DNA from: Candidatus Marinacidobacterales bacterium
GTDB lineage: Bacteria > Acidobacteriota > Vicinamibacteria > Marinacidobacterales > SMYC01
DNA: 64,000 nt
Direction: 5' to 3'
Assembly (NCBI GenBank): GCA_965224085.1
Contig: CBDCYI010000004.1
Location: 608,001 to 672,000, forward strand
The translations under genes and the position numbers were made by a program. Below the pieces are notes generated by a model that saw nothing but the letters and a program-made list of their open reading frames with translations, did not search any database and had not been told where the DNA came from. This document shows, piece by piece, positions 60,615 through 64,000 of the stretch (within the stretch, counting starts at the first letter, position 1; every line of letters begins with the position of its first letter).

Positions 60615-60621
60615 AGGAGAG

Positions 60622-61121
60622 TGAGGCGTAACCTTCTGGTGCGCTGAAAGAGCATGCGAGACCCACGGCTCGGGAGCAAATGATGGGTATGACCGTTGCG
60701 CAAGCGTTGGCGCGGGGAATGAAGGCGTTCGGTGCGAAGTACGTTTTCACGCTGACCGGCGCCCCTCAGGATCCGCTGCTCGAGATGCAGAATCGTGAGG
60801 AGATCCGGGTCGTTCTCGCTCGAAGCGAGCGGTCGGCATTCTGCATGGCGGACGCCCATGCACGGTTTCCCGGAAAGCCAGCCTTCGGCGAGGTCCAGTT
60901 CGGTCCCGGGGCCACCTATCTGCCGCCGTCGTTGATCGATGCTTTCTGGGCCAAGAGCCCGCTCGTCGCCATTAGCGCGTCCACGAGCACACGGATGAAA
61001 CACTTGCTGGACTATGAGGAGGCGGACCAGCTACCGATGTTCCAGCCTTTCACGGCTCGACATACCCGTCGTCACATTGCTCGCCGGAAAGGGCTCGATC
61101 GCCGAGACGCATCCGCTCGCG
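60622..61121 (+). pseudogene. Decayed inverted duplicate of the TPP-binding gene (42910-44607) including its leader
   Basis: Near-identical DNA to about 43846-44667; about 320 bp internal deletion after 61052; truncated. Confidence 0.9.
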
Positions 61122-61583
61122 CACAAAAGAACGAGCCGGTGCGCGTCCAGCGCTGTGATCGTGCGACGAGAGACAGGACTGCCATGTTCTGCACAATTCC
61201 GGGTCCCTTTTTTGTGAACTTCGTCGTTCCTCCCAATAGTGGTTTCTCCCCATCGTGGTGATTGTGGTCTGATGCTCCCGGATCGGTCTTTCCTGCTAGA
61301 CTTGGACCGAGATGAACTGCTTCTTGGAAGCTCGAGAGGGTCGTTTCGAGAGAACCCCAGTCCCCACGTTCGTCGCCGCGACCATCTCCGCGCTCATTCC
61401 CGGTTCGGTGCCGAGAATTACCCAACGAAAGCCCGCATGAACCTTCTCGGACGACACGGCGGCTTCACGCGCCAGCCCTATTTCCGCCTCCAGAAGGCAC
61501 GCATCCAGAAGATGCGGGAATTTCTGGACGCCATCGATTTCTCTGCTCCAGCGAAGGCTAGCAGGACGCGGGTCGTTATCTAG

Positions 61584-63155
61584 GTGCGCTCGATGTTAGG
61601 TGGAGTCATCGTTCTTGCTGCGACGTTGGCTGCGCTTGCTCCAATTGCTACGGCGGGATCCGCTACCGTCGCTCGCGTCTGGCCAATCGAGGAAGCCTCG
61701 ATTGGCGAGATCCACGATGCGATGAAGCACGGACGACTCACGGCTCGCGAGCTAGTGGAGAAGTATCTCGAGCGGATCGAAGCGTACGACAAGCAGGGCC
61801 CCTCGCTGAACGCGATCATCGCGATCAACCCGAGGGCGCTGGAGCTTGCTGACGAGCTGGATCGAAAACTTCGGGACGAAGGACTCGTCGGGCCGCTCCA
61901 CGGCATCCCGTTCATCATCAAGGACAACGTCGACACCCATGATCAGCCCACGACCAACGGGGTTCTAGCCTTGAAGGACTCTTTTCCTCCCGACGATGCG
62001 CACGTGATCCGAAAGCTGAAAGAGGCCGGGGCCATCATTCTAGCCAAGTCCAACTTGGCCGAGTTCGCTTTCGCTGGAGCGGAGACGGTCAGCTCGGTCT
62101 TACCCGGCTATTCCCGGAATCCATACGACACGCGCTATGTTACCGCCGGATCGAGTGGGGGAACGGCGGCGGCGATTGCCGCGAACTTCGCCACCGTGGG
62201 GCTCGGCACCGACACGGGAAGTTCCATCCGGGGCCCGTCGTCCCACCAAAGCTTGGTCGGAATCCGCGCTACCATGGGCCTCGTCAGTCGTGACGGCGTC
62301 ATCCCGTTGTCCTCGGCTCGCGACATGGTGGGGCCGATGGCTCGGAACGTGGAAGGTGCCGTTCGCGTCCTCGATGTTCTCGCAGGCTACGATCCGGCCG
62401 ACCCGGCAACCGCGGCGAGCCAGGGCAAGGTACCGCAGAGCTATACCCAGTTCCTGGATCCCGACAGCCTCGCGGCAGCTCGGCTCGGAGTGGCCCGCCA
62501 GTTGTTCAAGGAAGAAGACTCGGATCCAGAAATTCTTCGGGTAATGGAAAGAGCGCTTGTCGAGCTCCGATCCCTCGGCGCGACGCTTGTCGACCCGGTT
62601 CTCATCGAGGACCTGGAGGAGATCCGCGACTCGTTCGAGAGAACGAGCCGGCTGAAGTACGACTTGGATCGCTACCTCGAGAGCCTTCCGCCCGACGCAC
62701 CCTACCGGACTCTCGAAGCGATCGTCGAGTCAGAAGACTTCCACCCGCACAACGAAAAGCGGCTGAAGGATGCCCTCGCGATCGAAGGCCCGCCGGAAGA
62801 CAATCCGAAGCACCAGCACAACTTGGAAGTAGCCGAGCGGCTCCGAGCTGCCGTGGTGCGCGCGTTCGACGAGAGCCGGATCGACGCTCTCGTCTATCCC
62901 ACGTTCAAGTACGCGCCTCGTCTCATCGGAGATCTGAACACACCGTACGGTTCCAACAGCAGCGTCTTGGCTCCGCCCATCGGCTTCCCTGCGATCACCG
63001 TCCCGATGGGATTCACGTATGGCCGTCTCCCTGCCGGGCTTCAGTTCATGGGGCGCCCGTTCAGTGAGCCGACGTTGATACGGTTTAGCTACAGCTACGA
63101 GCAGGCGACGTTGCATAGGCGACCGCCGCCTACGACGCCGCAGTTGATCAGGTAA
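61584..63155 (+). CDS. Amidase signature family protein, exported
   Basis: GPLHGIPFIIKDN, AGSSGGT, GTDTGSSIRGPS. Confidence 0.93.
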   Translation: MRSMLGGVIVLAATLAALAPIATAGSATVARVWPIEEASIGEIHDAMKHGRLTARELVEKYLERIEAYDKQGPSLNAIIAINPRALELADELDRKLRDEGLVGPLHGIPFIIKDNVDTHDQPTTNGVLALKDSFPPDDAHVIRKLKEAGAIILAKSNLAEFAFAGAETVSSVLPGYSRNPYDTRYVTAGSSGGTAAAIAANFATVGLGTDTGSSIRGPSSHQSLVGIRATMGLVSRDGVIPLSSARDMVGPMARNVEGAVRVLDVLAGYDPADPATAASQGKVPQSYTQFLDPDSLAAARLGVARQLFKEEDSDPEILRVMERALVELRSLGATLVDPVLIEDLEEIRDSFERTSRLKYDLDRYLESLPPDAPYRTLEAIVESEDFHPHNEKRLKDALAIEGPPEDNPKHQHNLEVAERLRAAVVRAFDESRIDALVYPTFKYAPRLIGDLNTPYGSNSSVLAPPIGFPAITVPMGFTYGRLPAGLQFMGRPFSEPTLIRFSYSYEQATLHRRPPPTTPQLIR

Positions 63156-63287
63156 TCGGCGGCGACACTCCGAGACCCGTTCGTGCGTGCGTTTATCATG
63201 GGTTCATCGCATCGCGAGTAAAGTTTCGAGTGCTGTCGTGGCTCGTCGTGACCGCGGGCTCGGAAGTGCAATCAGGGAGGCGTAAGC

Positions 63288-64000
63288 ATGGGCGTGACAC
63301 GGAAGGAGTTTCTGTCGAGGTCGGCGAGCGTGGCGGGTGGAGCTGCCTCGGCCTGGATGGCCCGCAACCTATTGGCAGGAGGACTGCAGCAGGCCGGCGC
63401 CGGTTCGGCGACCATCGAGCGCGCACACCGCTACCTCGAAGAAAACCGCGCGAAACACATCGCCGCCTTGCAGTCCGATCTTCGACAGCCTTCCCTCGAT
63501 GCGACCGGTAGCCGAGCGATGGCGGATCGCATCGTCGAAGAACTCCGAAGACTGGGTTGTCAGGAGGCGGAGCGAGTCAACGACGCGGGCATCTGGGCCT
63601 ATTACGATGCCGGGGCCACCCGCACCATCGTGGTGCACCTCTACTATTCGACGTCACCGTTTGTGGAAGAGGAATGGTCGTTCGCCCCGCTGGCGGCGAC
63701 CCGGACCGCGTTCGAGGGGTTCGACGACGTCGTTGTTGGGCGGGGAGCGCTGGCCGCGAAAGGGCCGAATCGCTTGTTCCTCAATGCCTGCGAGGCTATC
63801 CGCGCCGTCACCGGGAATCTACCTGTGAACGTGATGTTCGTTGGAAATGGAGAGAACCTTGGAGCGGTCTTGGAGAAGTATCGAGCCCGCCTGGCCACGG
63901 CCGATTGCCTCTTGAATCCCGCCCTCGCGCAGGGGCCAGACGGCGAGGTCACCACCTACCTGGGTTACAAGGGAATGGTCACGCTTGAGTTCGTTTGCTC
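63288..64000 (+). pseudogene. M20 peptidase-like gene with Tat-type leader, frameshifted; runs off the window
   Basis: GGGAGG RBS; MGVTRKEFLS leader; LRQPS, YSTSP/EEEWSFAP, GRGALAAKGP, LPVNVMF. Confidence 0.6.

Overview
High-GC bacterial DNA, most consistent with an Acidobacteriota-like organism. This is an inference from an ADOP-type permease scrap, FG-GAP/PQQ-propeller, VPS10, M14/S9 peptidase and quinoprotein content. The window is an accessory region rich in hydrolases and oxidoreductases: D-aminoacylase, a Mo-oxidoreductase operon, a HupE/UreJ-PPIase cluster, xni, a UvrD helicase, hsp20-lon, a small glycan locus, a GMC pair, a cytochrome c-PQQ dehydrogenase, LLM oxidoreductases, vapBC, a Tat-type TldD/TldE pair, a giant M14 peptidase and an amidase. 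It is heavily eroded, with many frameshifts, internal deletions and chimeric gene scraps. Mobile DNA of three kinds is visible. (1) IS1634: one apparently intact copy, plus a truncated copy fused to HEAT repeats whose 163-bp end is duplicated in inverted orientation 7.5 kb away. (2) Two homologous IS91-like rolling-circle ends. (3) A ~205-bp hairpin-rich IS200/IS605-type non-autonomous element. I found no rRNA, tRNA or CRISPR array. All family calls come from motif recognition by eye, not database searches, and single-base frameshifts may be sequencing errors.
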